A stretch of 64,000 nt of DNA from an uncultured Verrucomicrobiae bacterium (GCA_963719495.1 CAVRCI010000013.1:64001-128000); one strand, 5' to 3'. Counted from the stretch's first letter, positions 19,208-29,524 are shown. Notes: generated from the letters alone by a model not told the origin. Made by a program: numbers and translations.

Positions 19208-19654
19208 ATGACCGCCCACTCCCCGGAAGCCCGCTTCGATTGGGCGCTCAATTTTTGCCGCGAGAAGGGCCTCCGCCGCACCCACGCCCTCCGCCAAATC
19301 CTCCGAGTCCTCTTCCGCCTCGACCACCCCATCGGCTGGGCCAATCTCGCCAAGGAGCCCGACATCGTCGACTCCTGCGATCCCTCGTCCGTCTTCCGAA
19401 TCCTCGTCAAACTCGAGGAAATCGGGCTCGTCCGCCGGATGGGCTCCCCCGAGCGATCCTACTACTTCATGCTCAACCTCCCCGGCGAGCACCACGAACA
19501 CCTCATCTGCACCGGCTGCGGCAAAATCGAAAACCTCGACGTCGAATGCCCGGTCGGAACGCTGGAAAAAAAGATCAAAGCCGCAACCGGCTACGACAAG
19601 CTCTACCACGAGCTCGACTTCTTCGGCATCTGCCCAAGCTGCCAACCAGCCTGA
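19208..19654 (+). CDS. Fur family transcriptional regulator
   Basis: SVFRIL winged helix, HHEHLICTGCG and GICPSC zinc ligands. Confidence 0.93.
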   Translation: MTAHSPEARFDWALNFCREKGLRRTHALRQILRVLFRLDHPIGWANLAKEPDIVDSCDPSSVFRILVKLEEIGLVRRMGSPERSYYFMLNLPGEHHEHLICTGCGKIENLDVECPVGTLEKKIKAATGYDKLYHELDFFGICPSCQPA

Positions 19655-19721
19655 GGATCCTCAAGAAGCGACGGCTTCCAGCCGTCCATCCAACCCCAAC
19701 GGCGAAGCCGCCACTCCGCCC

Positions 19722-19784
19722 TTCAAGGAGCGGCGATTTGCAATCGCCGACCCAACCCAATCCGGCACCAGCCGGACACTTCCC
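19722..19784. repeat. GGAG-type REP-like element (GGAGCGGCGATTTGCAATCGCCG) with conserved tail
   Basis: ~62 bp near-identical to 38418-38479; degenerate copy at ~29683-29718. Confidence 0.85.
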
Positions 19785-19796
19785 ACCCGTCACCCG

Positions 19797-20450
19797 TCAC
19801 CCCACCAACCCCAACAGCTGATCCAGCGTCAAAAAAGCCAAACTCTCCACCACGAGATCCGCCCGACCCTCCAAAGTCTCCATCTCCTCCGTCGTCGCCA
19901 CCCCCACCGACTTCATCCCCCCGGCCCGCGCCGCCTCGAGTCCGACCAGCGCATCCTCGAAGACCACGCACCGCTCCGGTGCCACGCCCAGCAGCTCCGC
20001 CCCCTTCAGAAAAACCTCCGGGTCCGGTTTGCCATGACTCACGTCCTCGCCGGTTACGATCACCGCGAAGAACGACCGCAGTCCCGTGATTTCGCAAATC
20101 GTCTCGATGTTCGCCCGGTGCGTCGACGACCCCACCGCGCACGGAATCCCCGCGTCGCGCAGCATCGTCAGCAGCTCCCGCGCGCCCCGCAGCGGAGTCA
20201 TCCCATCCCGCCGCATCAGCTCCCGGTAGAGTTCCTCCTTCCGCAGACCCAGCCGATGAATCTCGCCCGCCTCCGTCGCCCAGCCCAGCTCCGGAATGAT
20301 CCGTTCGTTCTTCTTGCCAAAGCCCCGCTTGAAGTGTCCCTCTGGCAGCGGCTTCCCGATCTCGTCCGCCAGCAATTCCCACGACTGCTCGTGCTGCGCC
20401 GACGAATCGATAATCACCCCGTCCCAATCAAATAGCGCGCCAAATTCCAT
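19797..20450 (-). CDS. HAD family phosphatase (beta-phosphoglucomutase-like)
   Basis: FDWDGVIIDS, GSST, GKPDPEVF and VFEDALVG. Confidence 0.92.
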   Translation of the reverse strand: MEFGALFDWDGVIIDSSAQHEQSWELLADEIGKPLPEGHFKRGFGKKNERIIPELGWATEAGEIHRLGLRKEELYRELMRRDGMTPLRGARELLTMLRDAGIPCAVGSSTHRANIETICEITGLRSFFAVIVTGEDVSHGKPDPEVFLKGAELLGVAPERCVVFEDALVGLEAARAGGMKSVGVATTEEMETLEGRADLVVESLAFLTLDQLLGLVG

Positions 20451-21171
20451 GCCCACCCCCTACTGGAAAAACCCCCGCGCCGCAAATCGAGTCAGCCTCC
20501 TCGTCCTCATCTTCGCCCTCACCATGACGTCCCCCGCCACCGCCGGACCCGACCCCGCCAGCGTCCCCACCCGCCAAGTCATCCTCGTCCACGGCATCTA
20601 CGACACCGCCTGGACGCTCCGCAAACTCGAACGCCGCCTCACCGAAGCCGGCTTCACGGTCCACGTCACCCCTTTCAAGCCGAACAACGGCAGCGTCCCA
20701 CTCGAGGAATCCGCCCGCCAGATTGCGGCCAGGATCGAAGCCGCCGTCCCGCCCGGCACCCCAATCTCCCTCGTCGGCTTCAGCATGGGCGGGCTCATCG
20801 CCCGCTACTACGTCCAGCGCCTCGCCGACCCATCCCAGGTCGAAACCCTAGTCACCATCGCCAGCCCCCACCACGGCACCTGGCTCGCTTGGTTTGGCCT
20901 TCACCAAGCCGTCCGCCAAATGCGCCCCGGCAGCGAATTTCTCGAAGAACTCGATTCCGACGTCGGAAAATTCTCCTCCATCCGCTGGGTCACCATCCGC
21001 ACCCCGCTCGACCTCATGATCCTCCCGTCCGTCAGCACCAAACTCGATTGGGCCGAAAACCACAGCTACCCCGTCCTCATGCACCCCCTCATCCCCTTCG
21101 ACGACCGCGTCATCGACCAAACGATCAGGTCTCTGAAAAATGAACCCGGCACCCAATCGATCACCAACTAA
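20449..21171 (+). CDS. Alpha/beta-hydrolase (lipase/esterase)
   Basis: ILVHGI, GFSMGG nucleophile elbow, SPHHGT. The true start may be ATG 20524. Confidence 0.88.
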   Translation: MPTPYWKNPRAANRVSLLVLIFALTMTSPATAGPDPASVPTRQVILVHGIYDTAWTLRKLERRLTEAGFTVHVTPFKPNNGSVPLEESARQIAARIEAAVPPGTPISLVGFSMGGLIARYYVQRLADPSQVETLVTIASPHHGTWLAWFGLHQAVRQMRPGSEFLEELDSDVGKFSSIRWVTIRTPLDLMILPSVSTKLDWAENHSYPVLMHPLIPFDDRVIDQTIRSLKNEPGTQSITN

Positions 21172-21288
21172 AAATCCTCTAAAAACTAACCCAACTAAAA
21201 CTCCTTCCGAAAAAATCCAGTCAATCCTGTAAATCCAGTTCATCCCGTTTCGTTGGCTAAAAACCCCCGCGGTCCCAAGCAGCCCCGA

Positions 21289-21780
21289 TCAGCACGAAGT
21301 CGGCTCCCGCCTCGCCAGCTTCACCCCGTGCGGCACCGCCCCCGCAACGAAGCCCAGACATTCCACCGCCCCGCTCGGCTTGCCCGGCAGCGCGACCACC
21401 AACGCCCCATCGACCACCGCCGCCATCCCGCGCGACAAAATCGCGTTCGTAGTGATCGCCAGCGATCCCGCCCGCATCGCCTCGCCGAACCCCGGGATTT
21501 CCACCCGCATCACCCCCCGAAGTGCCTCGGGCGTCACGTCCCGCTCCGCGATCCCCGTCCCGCCCGTCGTCAGGATCAGCCCGCAACCCTGAGCCGCCAC
21601 CGACCGCACCGCCGCGCGGATCCGCTCGACCTCGTCCGGCACGATCACCTCCGCCGCGACCCGCCACCCGCGCCGCTCGCACTCCGCCCGCACGGCCGGC
21701 CCACCCGCGTCCTCGTATTCCCCCGCCGCCGCCCGGTCCGACACGGTGATCACCCCCACCACGATCGCCGCGCCACTCAT
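21289..21780 (-). CDS. mogA: Molybdopterin adenylyltransferase (MogA/MoaB family)
   Basis: ITVSDR, TTGGTG...RDVTPEA, PGFGE, LSRG and LPGKP. Confidence 0.92.
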   Translation of the reverse strand: MSGAAIVVGVITVSDRAAAGEYEDAGGPAVRAECERRGWRVAAEVIVPDEVERIRAAVRSVAAQGCGLILTTGGTGIAERDVTPEALRGVMRVEIPGFGEAMRAGSLAITTNAILSRGMAAVVDGALVVALPGKPSGAVECLGFVAGAVPHGVKLARREPTSC

Positions 21781-22232
21781 CCCTCGGCCTTCGTTTTTGC
21801 GGTCACCCGAATCTCCCCGATCACCATCCCCTTATCCACCGCCTTGCACATGTCGAAGATCGTCAGAGCCGCCACGCTCACCGCCATCAGCGCCTCCATT
21901 TCCACCCCCGTCCGAGCCGCCGTCTTCGCCCGCGCCGAAATCCGAATCCCATCTTCCACGATCTCAAAATCCACCCCGACCTCCGCGAGCGGCAGCGAGT
22001 GGCAAAGCGGAATCAATTCGTCCGTCCGCTTCGCCGCCTGAATCCCCGCGATCCGCGCCGTAGCCAGCACGTTCCCCTTCGCGATCCGGTCCGAAGTCAC
22101 CAGCTCGACGGTCGCCCCCGCCATCCGCACAAAACCCACCGCCGAAGCCTCCCGAGCCACCACCGGCTTCCCAGAAACGTCCACCATCCGAGCCGCCCCG
22201 CTCTCGTCAATGTGCGTCAACCCCTCACTCAT
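21777..22232 (-). CDS. moaC: Cyclic pyranopterin monophosphate synthase
   Basis: LTHID...[21 protein letters not shown] and DMCKAVDK. Confidence 0.97.
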   Translation of the reverse strand: MSEGLTHIDESGAARMVDVSGKPVVAREASAVGFVRMAGATVELVTSDRIAKGNVLATARIAGIQAAKRTDELIPLCHSLPLAEVGVDFEIVEDGIRISARAKTAARTGVEMEALMAVSVAALTIFDMCKAVDKGMVIGEIRVTAKTKAEG

Positions 22233-22268
22233 TTCTCATCTCTCATTTCAAATTTCAAATTCCGGCGG

Positions 22269-23270
22269 TCATCCGCCGATAGCCACCATCCCGCGCCCCG
22301 GCACGTAGGAATCGCGAAAATCGTGCTCCCGCGGCTTCCGCGCGACCACGTCCATGAAGATCCCCCGCAACTCCGCGTCCGACGCCCCGCCGCGCAGCGC
22401 CTCCCGCAGATCGAATTCCAAATGGCTCCCCAGGCAGGGCCGCAACTTCCCCTCACACGTCAGCCGCATCTTATTGCAGCTCTCGCAGAAGTGCAGATCC
22501 GTCATCGCACCGATGAACCCGATCCGCTGACCCGTCCCCGGCACTTGGTAATAAACCGCCGGCCCGTTCGTGCGAAACCCCGGCTCCGGGATCAGCTCGC
22601 CAAACTCCGCCCCGATCCGCCGCCGCGCCTCCCGGATCGGCAGGAACGAATCCTCCGCCAGCACATCCCCCGTCGTCACCGGCATCAGCTCGATGAACCG
22701 CAACAACAACCCACGTTCCGCCGCGAATTCCACCAACAATCGCAGCGCCGCCTCCGACCGCCCCCGCATCAGCACCGCGTTCAATTTGATCGACTCGAAC
22801 CCCGCCACCCTCGCCGCCTCGATCCCGGCCAGCACCTCCGGCAAAAAGTCCCGCCCGGTCGCCGCCGCGTAATCCGCCCGATCCAGCGTGTCCAACGATA
22901 CGTTCACCGTCCGCACCCCCCGCGCCCGCAACCCAGCCGCCATGGTCACACCCGGCTCCACCTCCCGCGCCAGCAGAGTTCCGTTCGTCGACACCCCGAC
23001 GTCGTCGATCTCCGGGATCGCGCCCATCAGTTCGAAGAGCTCCAGGATCCCCCGCCGAGTCAACGGTTCGCCCCCCGTCACCCGCACCTTCCGCACCCCC
23101 AGCAACACCGCGATCCGCAGCACGCGCGCGATTTCCTCGTAGCTGAGGATCTCGTCCCGACTCCGCCATTCCTGAAGCTCCTGTGGCATGCAGTAGCCGC
23201 ACCGCTCGTTGCAGCGATCCGTCACGGACACCCGAAGATATGAAATGATGTGCCCAAACGCGTCCTCCAC
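22269..23270 (-). CDS. moaA: GTP 3',8-cyclase (radical SAM)
   Basis: YLRVSVTDRCNERCGYC, TGGEPL, FCESCNKMRLT...PCL and C-terminal IGG. Confidence 0.97.
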   Translation of the reverse strand: MEDAFGHIISYLRVSVTDRCNERCGYCMPQELQEWRSRDEILSYEEIARVLRIAVLLGVRKVRVTGGEPLTRRGILELFELMGAIPEIDDVGVSTNGTLLAREVEPGVTMAAGLRARGVRTVNVSLDTLDRADYAAATGRDFLPEVLAGIEAARVAGFESIKLNAVLMRGRSEAALRLLVEFAAERGLLLRFIELMPVTTGDVLAEDSFLPIREARRRIGAEFGELIPEPGFRTNGPAVYYQVPGTGQRIGFIGAMTDLHFCESCNKMRLTCEGKLRPCLGSHLEFDLREALRGGASDAELRGIFMDVVARKPREHDFRDSYVPGRGMVAIGG

Positions 23271-23327
23271 GAGCGCAACCTAGCAACGAGACCCCAGAAT
23301 CCAAAAACCTAATCCGCCGCAGTTCAA

Positions 23328-23387
23328 CACCCCTCCGCCTGCAAAACTTTGGTGCGGCCGCATCAAAGTTTTGCAGGCGGAGGGGTG
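23328..23387. repeat. 60-bp near-perfect palindrome between moaA and the STAS gene
   Basis: CACCCCTCCGCCTGCAAAACTTTGGTGCGG|CCGCATCAAAGTTTTGCAGGCGGAGGGGTG, one mismatch. Core repeated at 42881-42916. Confidence 0.9.
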
Positions 23388-23462
23388 GCATCATTTTTTT
23401 CACCGGCTCGAAATCTAAACTTCTCGCGCCCGCGTTCCGCCCGGGTTTAATTCGGAGCCAGC

Positions 23463-23798
23463 ATGGACATCAAAGTAACGCAGGAAGACGGCACCACCAC
23501 GCTAGCCCCCAAGGGAGAAATCGATCTCCACGCCTCGCCCAAGCTCCGCGAAGCCCTCCACGAGCAGGCGCAAAACAAGACCCCCGTCCTGCTCACCGAC
23601 TTCTCCGGCGTCGCCTACATCGACTCCTCCGGTCTCGCCACGCTCGTCGAATACGTCCGCGATTCCAAATCCTTCAACGGCAAGTTCGCCCTCTACGCCC
23701 TGCAGCCCAAAGTCAAAATGGTCTTCGAGCTCGTCCGCCTCAACGAGCTCTTCACCATCACCGACACCCGCGAAGAAGCCCTCCTCGCAGTCGGGTGA
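23463..23798 (+). CDS. STAS domain protein (anti-sigma antagonist type; MlaB-like position)
   Basis: GEIDL and DFSGVAYIDSSGL with the conserved Ser. Confidence 0.9.
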   Translation: MDIKVTQEDGTTTLAPKGEIDLHASPKLREALHEQAQNKTPVLLTDFSGVAYIDSSGLATLVEYVRDSKSFNGKFALYALQPKVKMVFELVRLNELFTITDTREEALLAVG

Positions 23799-23897
23799 TG
23801 GGTCGGAAAGTCCAAGGTCCCAAAGTCAAAAGGTCCGAAAACCAATCGCCCCAGCGATTCAAAAATTGACCTTCCGACCTTCGACCTTCCGACCCAC

Positions 23898-24632
23898 ATG
23901 ATCCCTCTCACGGTCCGTGTTCTCTACTGGACCTTCGTCGCGCCCTTCCGCGGACGACCCGTCAACCTCTCCGCCGTCTTCCAACAGCTCGTCCGCATCG
24001 GCGTCCAGGCCGTTCCGATGACGGCGCTCACCTCCCTCAGCATCGGCTTCACGCTCGCCATGCAGGGCGCGCACGAGCTCGCCCGCATGGGCGCCACTGC
24101 CTACGTCCCCGACCTTGTGAGCATTTCGCTCCTGCGCGAGCTCGGACCGCTCCTCGTCGGAGTCGTCGTCATTGGCCGCAGCGGTTCCGCCGTCACCGCG
24201 GAGCTTGGAACCATGAAAGTTTCCGAGGAAATCGAAGCCCTCGAGATCATGGCGATCGACCCCGTCCGCTACCTCGTCGTCCCGCGCTTTCTCGCGATGA
24301 TGATCATGCTCCCGGTCCTCACCGTCTTTGGCGACGCCATCGGGATCTTTGGCGGCTGGAGCGTCTGCCATTTTGCCCTCGAAATGCCCACCGGCACCTT
24401 CGTCCGCCGCTTCCTCGAAGCCGCCACCCCGATGGACCTCTGGAGCGGCATCATCAAGAGCGTCGTCTTCGCGTGGCTCATCATCACCATCGCCTGCCGA
24501 TCCGGACTCACCGTTCAGGGCGGAGCCGAGGGCGTCGGTCAATCGACCACCAATTCCGTCGTCAAAAGCATCCTGGCCATGCTCATCGCCAACGCCGCCC
24601 TCACCGCCATCTTCTTCGTCGCCGAGCGCTGA
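23898..24632 (+). CDS. mlaE: MlaE family ABC permease
   Basis: RELGPLL, GRSGSAVTAELGTMKVSEEIEALEIMAIDP and GGAEGVGQSTT. Confidence 0.93.
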   Translation: MIPLTVRVLYWTFVAPFRGRPVNLSAVFQQLVRIGVQAVPMTALTSLSIGFTLAMQGAHELARMGATAYVPDLVSISLLRELGPLLVGVVVIGRSGSAVTAELGTMKVSEEIEALEIMAIDPVRYLVVPRFLAMMIMLPVLTVFGDAIGIFGGWSVCHFALEMPTGTFVRRFLEAATPMDLWSGIIKSVVFAWLIITIACRSGLTVQGGAEGVGQSTTNSVVKSILAMLIANAALTAIFFVAER

Positions 24633-24750
24633 AAAGCGCACCAAACCCCGGAGGGCAGCCGGAGCGAAGCTGAGACAGTCGGGAAACTCTCCGACAACGC
24701 TCCCGCCGAGCCGTGATCTTTCACCAGAAAGTCCCGCCCTGCCTGCGACA

Positions 24751-25605
24751 TCACCCCACCCGGGCCAACGCCAACAACGCCCGTAACCGTTCCTCCGTCG
24801 CCGCCGACGTCTTCGCGACGAACCCCCGCGCGTGCGCGAAATGCACGTCCGCCTCCCCGCCGATTCGCCCGAAATCAAACCCGGGATCATCCCGAAAACG
24901 CGACAAACCGTAGCCCGCCCCCCGGCGATCCGGATAAACGGTCGCCCGCACCTCCTCTTCCAATCCGATCGACTCGATGTAGCGGTCCAATCCCATCGAA
25001 GGCTCCGCCGGCAGCGGCTCGGTCCGCGGCAGGAAGAGCACGCTCCCGCCCGCAACCTCCCAAATGACCGCGTGCTCGGCCACGAAGTCCAGCCGCTCCC
25101 GCATCGACCGAACGAAGTCGACGAGATCCTCCCCGACCATCCGCATCACCTCCCAGAGCGGATCGCCCGCACCCAGGCGCTCGGCCCGCGCGAACCTCCG
25201 CAGCAACGTCAGATCGATCGGCGAGTTCAGCCGCGACAGCGCATCCCGCTCCACCCCCAGCCACTTCGCCGTCGAGATCGGCCCCGTCACGTCGAAGCGC
25301 TCGGCCGTTTCCAACCAATCGCAGAAGTTCCGAGCATCCTCGTAGATCCCCAGATCCATCAGCACGAGGCTCAGCGCGCAGATCGGTTCGTGATCGGCGG
25401 GAAATTGGTGGTGGTCGAAATTCGACCGCTCCGGCGCGTGTTCGCCGCCGACGTCCACGACAATCGTCGCCGCATCCGCCAGATCCTCCGCGGTCGGCTC
25501 CCGCCGAACAATCTCGCAGGAATGAACGGAAGCCAGGACGCAACACGCCAGAAATTCATCCTTATGCGCGCCGCCCGGGTGAGTGAGAATTCGATCGATC
25601 GTCAT
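24751..25605 (-). CDS. MYG1 family (DHH-type exonuclease) protein
   Basis: THPGGAHKDE, VVDVGG and FDHHQ motifs. Confidence 0.87.
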   Translation of the reverse strand: MTIDRILTHPGGAHKDEFLACCVLASVHSCEIVRREPTAEDLADAATIVVDVGGEHAPERSNFDHHQFPADHEPICALSLVLMDLGIYEDARNFCDWLETAERFDVTGPISTAKWLGVERDALSRLNSPIDLTLLRRFARAERLGAGDPLWEVMRMVGEDLVDFVRSMRERLDFVAEHAVIWEVAGGSVLFLPRTEPLPAEPSMGLDRYIESIGLEEEVRATVYPDRRGAGYGLSRFRDDPGFDFGRIGGEADVHFAHARGFVAKTSAATEERLRALLALARVG

Positions 25606-25760
25606 TGGGCGGCCAACCGTAGCTGGCTCCTAGTGGATGACAACCCCGTCCCGCCTTCGCCGGATGCCGAACCATCGGCTCGATTGATTTTAACTAACCA
25701 TCTGATGGATCCGGGCATCGCCGCTTTACTAAAGGCCCCTCGCTGGCAAATTATCAATCC

Positions 25761-26084
25761 GTGGAGCAGGCCGAATACGACGCATTGGCTCGCCGCAAAG
25801 TCGCGGCGGCGGCGGAACACCGGTCGGCCGTCACCCGCCGCCGAGCCGTCATTGCAAAGCGAATCCTCGCCGATCCGGAGCGGGCTCTCCGACACGCTTA
25901 CCGGACTCTCGCCCGCAAGACCGCGCCCCAACAGCTCTGGAGCCGCGAAGCTTGGACCGATTTACTCCAACGAACCGCCCCGGCAGAGTGGGCCGAGCTG
26001 CTCACAAATCCTCCGGCGGATTCCGAAGCCCTCGCGGATTCCCACCCCTTCGGCGGACTCATCGTGACCTCCCATGGCCATTGA
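25761..26084 (+). CDS. Small hypothetical protein, probable partner/antitoxin of the downstream nucleotidyltransferase
   Basis: 107 aa with W..LL...SHPFGG C-terminus; overlaps the start of the next gene by 11 nt. Confidence 0.6.
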   Translation: MEQAEYDALARRKVAAAAEHRSAVTRRRAVIAKRILADPERALRHAYRTLARKTAPQQLWSREAWTDLLQRTAPAEWAELLTNPPADSEALADSHPFGGLIVTSHGH

Positions 26085-26607
26085 GATCACCGCCTCGCAT
26101 CTCGAGATCGCCGTTCGCGAACTCGCGCGCTTGACCGGCGAACGGAAGTTCATCGCAATCGGGCGAGCCACCCTCGCAATCACCGCACCGCCAGCCCTGA
26201 AAGGCATGGCCGTTTCTGACGACATCGATCTTTGGCCCCGGGACAACGAAAAGATTGCTCTGGACGAATCCATCGTTCAGCTCGGAGAGGGCGGCGAATT
26301 CCATGAAAAAAATGGATTTTATGTCGAGAGGGTCGGGAGTTGGACGCTGCTCACCCAACCAGTTGGGTGGGAGGATCGGGCCGAGGTCGTTCGGGTGGAC
26401 GACAGCACCGTCCAAGTGCTGTCGCTCATGGATCTCGCCTACAACAAGCTCGAAGCCGCCCGCACGAAAGACGCAGCCTTCTTCGAGGAGGCGTTTTCGA
26501 CCGGGCTCCTCACCGCCGCGGAGCTCCGAGCTTTCGTCGAGAAACACGCAACCACGCCAGACGTCCAGAAGACTCTGTTGGATCGGATCGATCGTTTCTC
26601 GGCGTAG
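26074..26607 (+). CDS. DUF6036-like nucleotidyltransferase
   Basis: IG...SDDIDL, LGEGGEFH...GFY, PVGWEDR and DLAYNKL..AR.KD pattern. Confidence 0.75.
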   Translation: MAIEITASHLEIAVRELARLTGERKFIAIGRATLAITAPPALKGMAVSDDIDLWPRDNEKIALDESIVQLGEGGEFHEKNGFYVERVGSWTLLTQPVGWEDRAEVVRVDDSTVQVLSLMDLAYNKLEAARTKDAAFFEEAFSTGLLTAAELRAFVEKHATTPDVQKTLLDRIDRFSA

Positions 26608-26631
26608 CGATCACTTTACCTCCTCGCGCCC

Positions 26632-27483
26632 ATGCCGACTCCACCAGCCCCGCCCCCGACCGCCCCCGTCATCGAAGTCCGCGACCTCGTCCGGAGATTC
26701 GGCGACCGCACCGTTCTCAGCGGCATCTCGTTCGACGTCCACCGCGGCGAGACCCTCACCATCATGGGCGGCTCGGGCTGCGGGAAATCCACCCTCCTGC
26801 GTCACATCGTCGGCATCCTCCAGCCGACGTCCGGATCGATCAAAATGTTCGGTCGGGAGACGACCGAACTGAGCCGCCCCGAACGCGACGCCCTCCGCCG
26901 CCGCTTCGGCATGAACTTCCAATTCGGTGCCCTCCTCCAATCTCTCACCGTCGCCGAAAACGTCGCCCTCCCGCTCCGCGAAAATTCCGACGTCGACGAC
27001 GGCATCATCGACCTCGTCGTGAAGCTCAAGCTCGAGCTCGTCGGTCTCACCGGATTCGAAAATCTCAAGCCCTCCGAGATCTCCGGCGGCATGCGCAAAC
27101 GCGTCGGCCTCGCCCGCGCCGTCGCCCTCGATCCCGAACTCCTCTTCTCCGACGAACCCACCTCCGGCCTCGACCCCATTATGACGGCCGTCATCGACGA
27201 ACTCACCCTCGACCTCACCCGCCGCCTCGACATGACAGCCGTCGTCGTCACCCACGACATGACGAGCGCCTTCCGCATCGCCACCAAGATGATCGTCCTT
27301 GGCGCGGGGCCGAAACAAGGCACCATCCTCGCCATGGGCACCCCCGACGAGATCCGCGCCTCGCCCGATCCCGAGGTCCAGCAATTCATCAACGGCCTGC
27401 CCGACGGCCCGATTCCCCTCCGCCTCGCCAAGGAAGACTACATCGATCGCCTGATCGGCAATCCCCATCCCGCCGTCAAATGA
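26632..27483 (+). CDS. mlaF: MlaF/Mkl family ABC ATP-binding protein
   Basis: GGSGCGKS, FQFGAL, ISGGMRKRVGLARA, DEPTSGLDP and VTHD. Confidence 0.93.
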   Translation: MPTPPAPPPTAPVIEVRDLVRRFGDRTVLSGISFDVHRGETLTIMGGSGCGKSTLLRHIVGILQPTSGSIKMFGRETTELSRPERDALRRRFGMNFQFGALLQSLTVAENVALPLRENSDVDDGIIDLVVKLKLELVGLTGFENLKPSEISGGMRKRVGLARAVALDPELLFSDEPTSGLDPIMTAVIDELTLDLTRRLDMTAVVVTHDMTSAFRIATKMIVLGAGPKQGTILAMGTPDEIRASPDPEVQQFINGLPDGPIPLRLAKEDYIDRLIGNPHPAVK

Positions 27484-27502
27484 TCCCGCCGCCCGACCAC
27501 CC

Positions 27503-28519
27503 ATGAAGCGGACCTCCGATTGGCTCATCGCCCTCGCCGTGATCGCCTGCAGCGCCGCCCTCCTCGCCGCGCTCTCAATCGCCCTCACCGGGAATCCGTT
27601 CGCGACGCCCGACCGCACTCTCCGCGTGCGGCTCCCCGACATCACCGGCCTCCAGCCCAGTTCCCTGGTCAAATACGCCGGCGCTTCCGCCGGCACGATT
27701 CTCGAAGTCCGCGTCCTCACCCCCGCCGAGCGCCTCGCCGATCCCGACCCGGCCAACGCCATCGAGCTCACCCTCGCCATCTCCCCCAGCCTCCCCGAAC
27801 TCAACGAAGGAACCACCGCCTCGATCTCCGCGAATACCCTGCTCGCCGATAAGTTCATCCTCCTCGCCGCCGGCGATCCCGCCGCGCCCGTGCTCACGAA
27901 CGACGCCGTCATCCCCGGCACCGCCCCCACCACCATCGACAGCCTCGTCCGCACCATCGACCGATCGCTTCGCAGCCTCGACGGACTCCTGCCCACCGGC
28001 ACCGACGGCGTCCCCGCCCTCCTCGCAGAACTCCGCGACATCCTCACCGCCGCCCACACCCTCATCGATCAAGCGGGCGGGACACTCACCGGTGCCGACG
28101 GTCTCGTCACCTCGGCCGAAAAAACCCTCGGCGGGGCCAACCAGCTCATCGACGGAGCAACGACCACGCTGGCGACCGCCGACACCACCCTCAGAGAGTC
28201 GCGAACCCTGCTCACCGGCGACTCGAACAGCGCGCGCACCCTACTCGCCGACCTCACCTCCACCGCCGACGAACTCGACAGCTTGGCCACCCGTGCCCAG
28301 CGCCTCCTCACCACCAACACCGACAACATCGACGCCACTCTCGCCGACCTCCGCGTCACCTCCGCCAACCTCAAGGTCACCGCCACCTACGCCAAAGCGC
28401 TCGCCTTCGCGCTCACCGACCGACCCCAGCAGATCATTTGGGGCCCCGGCCGCAAGCAAATCAAAGTCCCCACCGAGCAGGAAATCCTAAGCGCCGACAA
28501 GCCCACCCCCCTCCGCTAA
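27503..28519 (+). CDS. mlaD: MlaD/MCE family protein
   Basis: N-terminal TM, MCE domain (ITGL...VKYAG...GTI; LLADKFI) and a long helical tail. Confidence 0.85.
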   Translation: MKRTSDWLIALAVIACSAALLAALSIALTGNPFATPDRTLRVRLPDITGLQPSSLVKYAGASAGTILEVRVLTPAERLADPDPANAIELTLAISPSLPELNEGTTASISANTLLADKFILLAAGDPAAPVLTNDAVIPGTAPTTIDSLVRTIDRSLRSLDGLLPTGTDGVPALLAELRDILTAAHTLIDQAGGTLTGADGLVTSAEKTLGGANQLIDGATTTLATADTTLRESRTLLTGDSNSARTLLADLTSTADELDSLATRAQRLLTTNTDNIDATLADLRVTSANLKVTATYAKALAFALTDRPQQIIWGPGRKQIKVPTEQEILSADKPTPLR

Positions 28520-28564
28520 ACCAATTCACCAATCATAAATCATAAATCGTAAATCATAGCTAAC

Positions 28565-29524
28565 ATGCCCCTCGTCGACCTCCCGCTAGCCGACCTTCAC
28601 CAATACCCCGGACGCAACCCGCGGCCCGCCGACTTCGACGCCTTCTGGGACGCCGGCCTGGCCGAGCTCGACACCCTCAAAGCCAACGTCACGCTCACTC
28701 CGGCCAGGTTTCAGACGCCCGCCGCCGATTGCTTCGACCTCCACTTCACCGGCGTCGGCGGCAGCCGCGTCTACGCGAAATACCTCCGACCCAAAGCATC
28801 CGATCCTCACGCCGCCGTCCTCCGCTTTCACGGCTACAGCGGAAACAGCGGCGATTGGTCCGACCACCTCACGTTTGTCGGGCTCGGGGCTAGCGTCGCC
28901 GCCCTGGACTGTCGCGGCCAGGGAGGCTCGAGCGAAGACCGCGGCGGGATCCACGGAGCCACCTGTTCCGGCCAGATCACCCGCGGCCTCGATGATGACG
29001 ACCCCGCCCGACTGCTCTTCCGGCAGATCTTTCTCGATACCGCCCAACTCGCCCGCATTGTCTCCGCGTTCGACGAAGTCGACCCCGCTCGCGTCGCCGC
29101 TTTCGGAGGCTCGCAAGGTGGCGCGTTGACTCTGGCCTGCGCCGCCCTCCACGAGCCGCTCAACCGCGCGTTTACCGTGAATCCATTCCTGTGCGACTAC
29201 CAACGCGTCTGGGAAATGGACCTCGCCAGCCACGCCTACGCCGATCTCGCCGTCTACTTCCGCCACTTCGACCCGCTCCACGACCGCGAGGACGCAATTT
29301 TCACCAAGCTCGGCTACATCGACGTCCAACACCTCGCGTCGCGCATCCACGCCCGCACCACCATGGCCACCGGCCTCATGGACCGCATCTGCCCGCCATC
29401 CTCCCAATTCGCGGCCTACAACAAGATCACAGCCCCAAAGGATCTCATCGTCTACCCCGACTTCGGCCACGAAAGCCTCCCCGGCTGCAACGACTCCGCC
29501 TACCAATTCCTGAAGGACCTTTAA
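28565..29524 (+). CDS. Acetylxylan esterase / cephalosporin-C deacetylase (CE7)
   Basis: PADFDAFW, FHGY, DCRGQ, GGSQGG, DRICPPSSQFAAYN and GHE. Confidence 0.93.
   Translation: MPLVDLPLADLHQYPGRNPRPADFDAFWDAGLAELDTLKANVTLTPARFQTPAADCFDLHFTGVGGSRVYAKYLRPKASDPHAAVLRFHGYSGNSGDWSDHLTFVGLGASVAALDCRGQGGSSEDRGGIHGATCSGQITRGLDDDDPARLLFRQIFLDTAQLARIVSAFDEVDPARVAAFGGSQGGALTLACAALHEPLNRAFTVNPFLCDYQRVWEMDLASHAYADLAVYFRHFDPLHDREDAIFTKLGYIDVQHLASRIHARTTMATGLMDRICPPSSQFAAYNKITAPKDLIVYPDFGHESLPGCNDSAYQFLKDL

Noticed and set aside
20448..20451. Overlapping divergent start codons of the HAD and lipase genes
   Set aside because: Probably a start-call artefact; ATG 20524 is an equally plausible lipase start.
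23271..23460. Moco riboswitch upstream of moaA
   Set aside because: I could not find the conserved Moco RNA motif elements; only the long palindrome is present.
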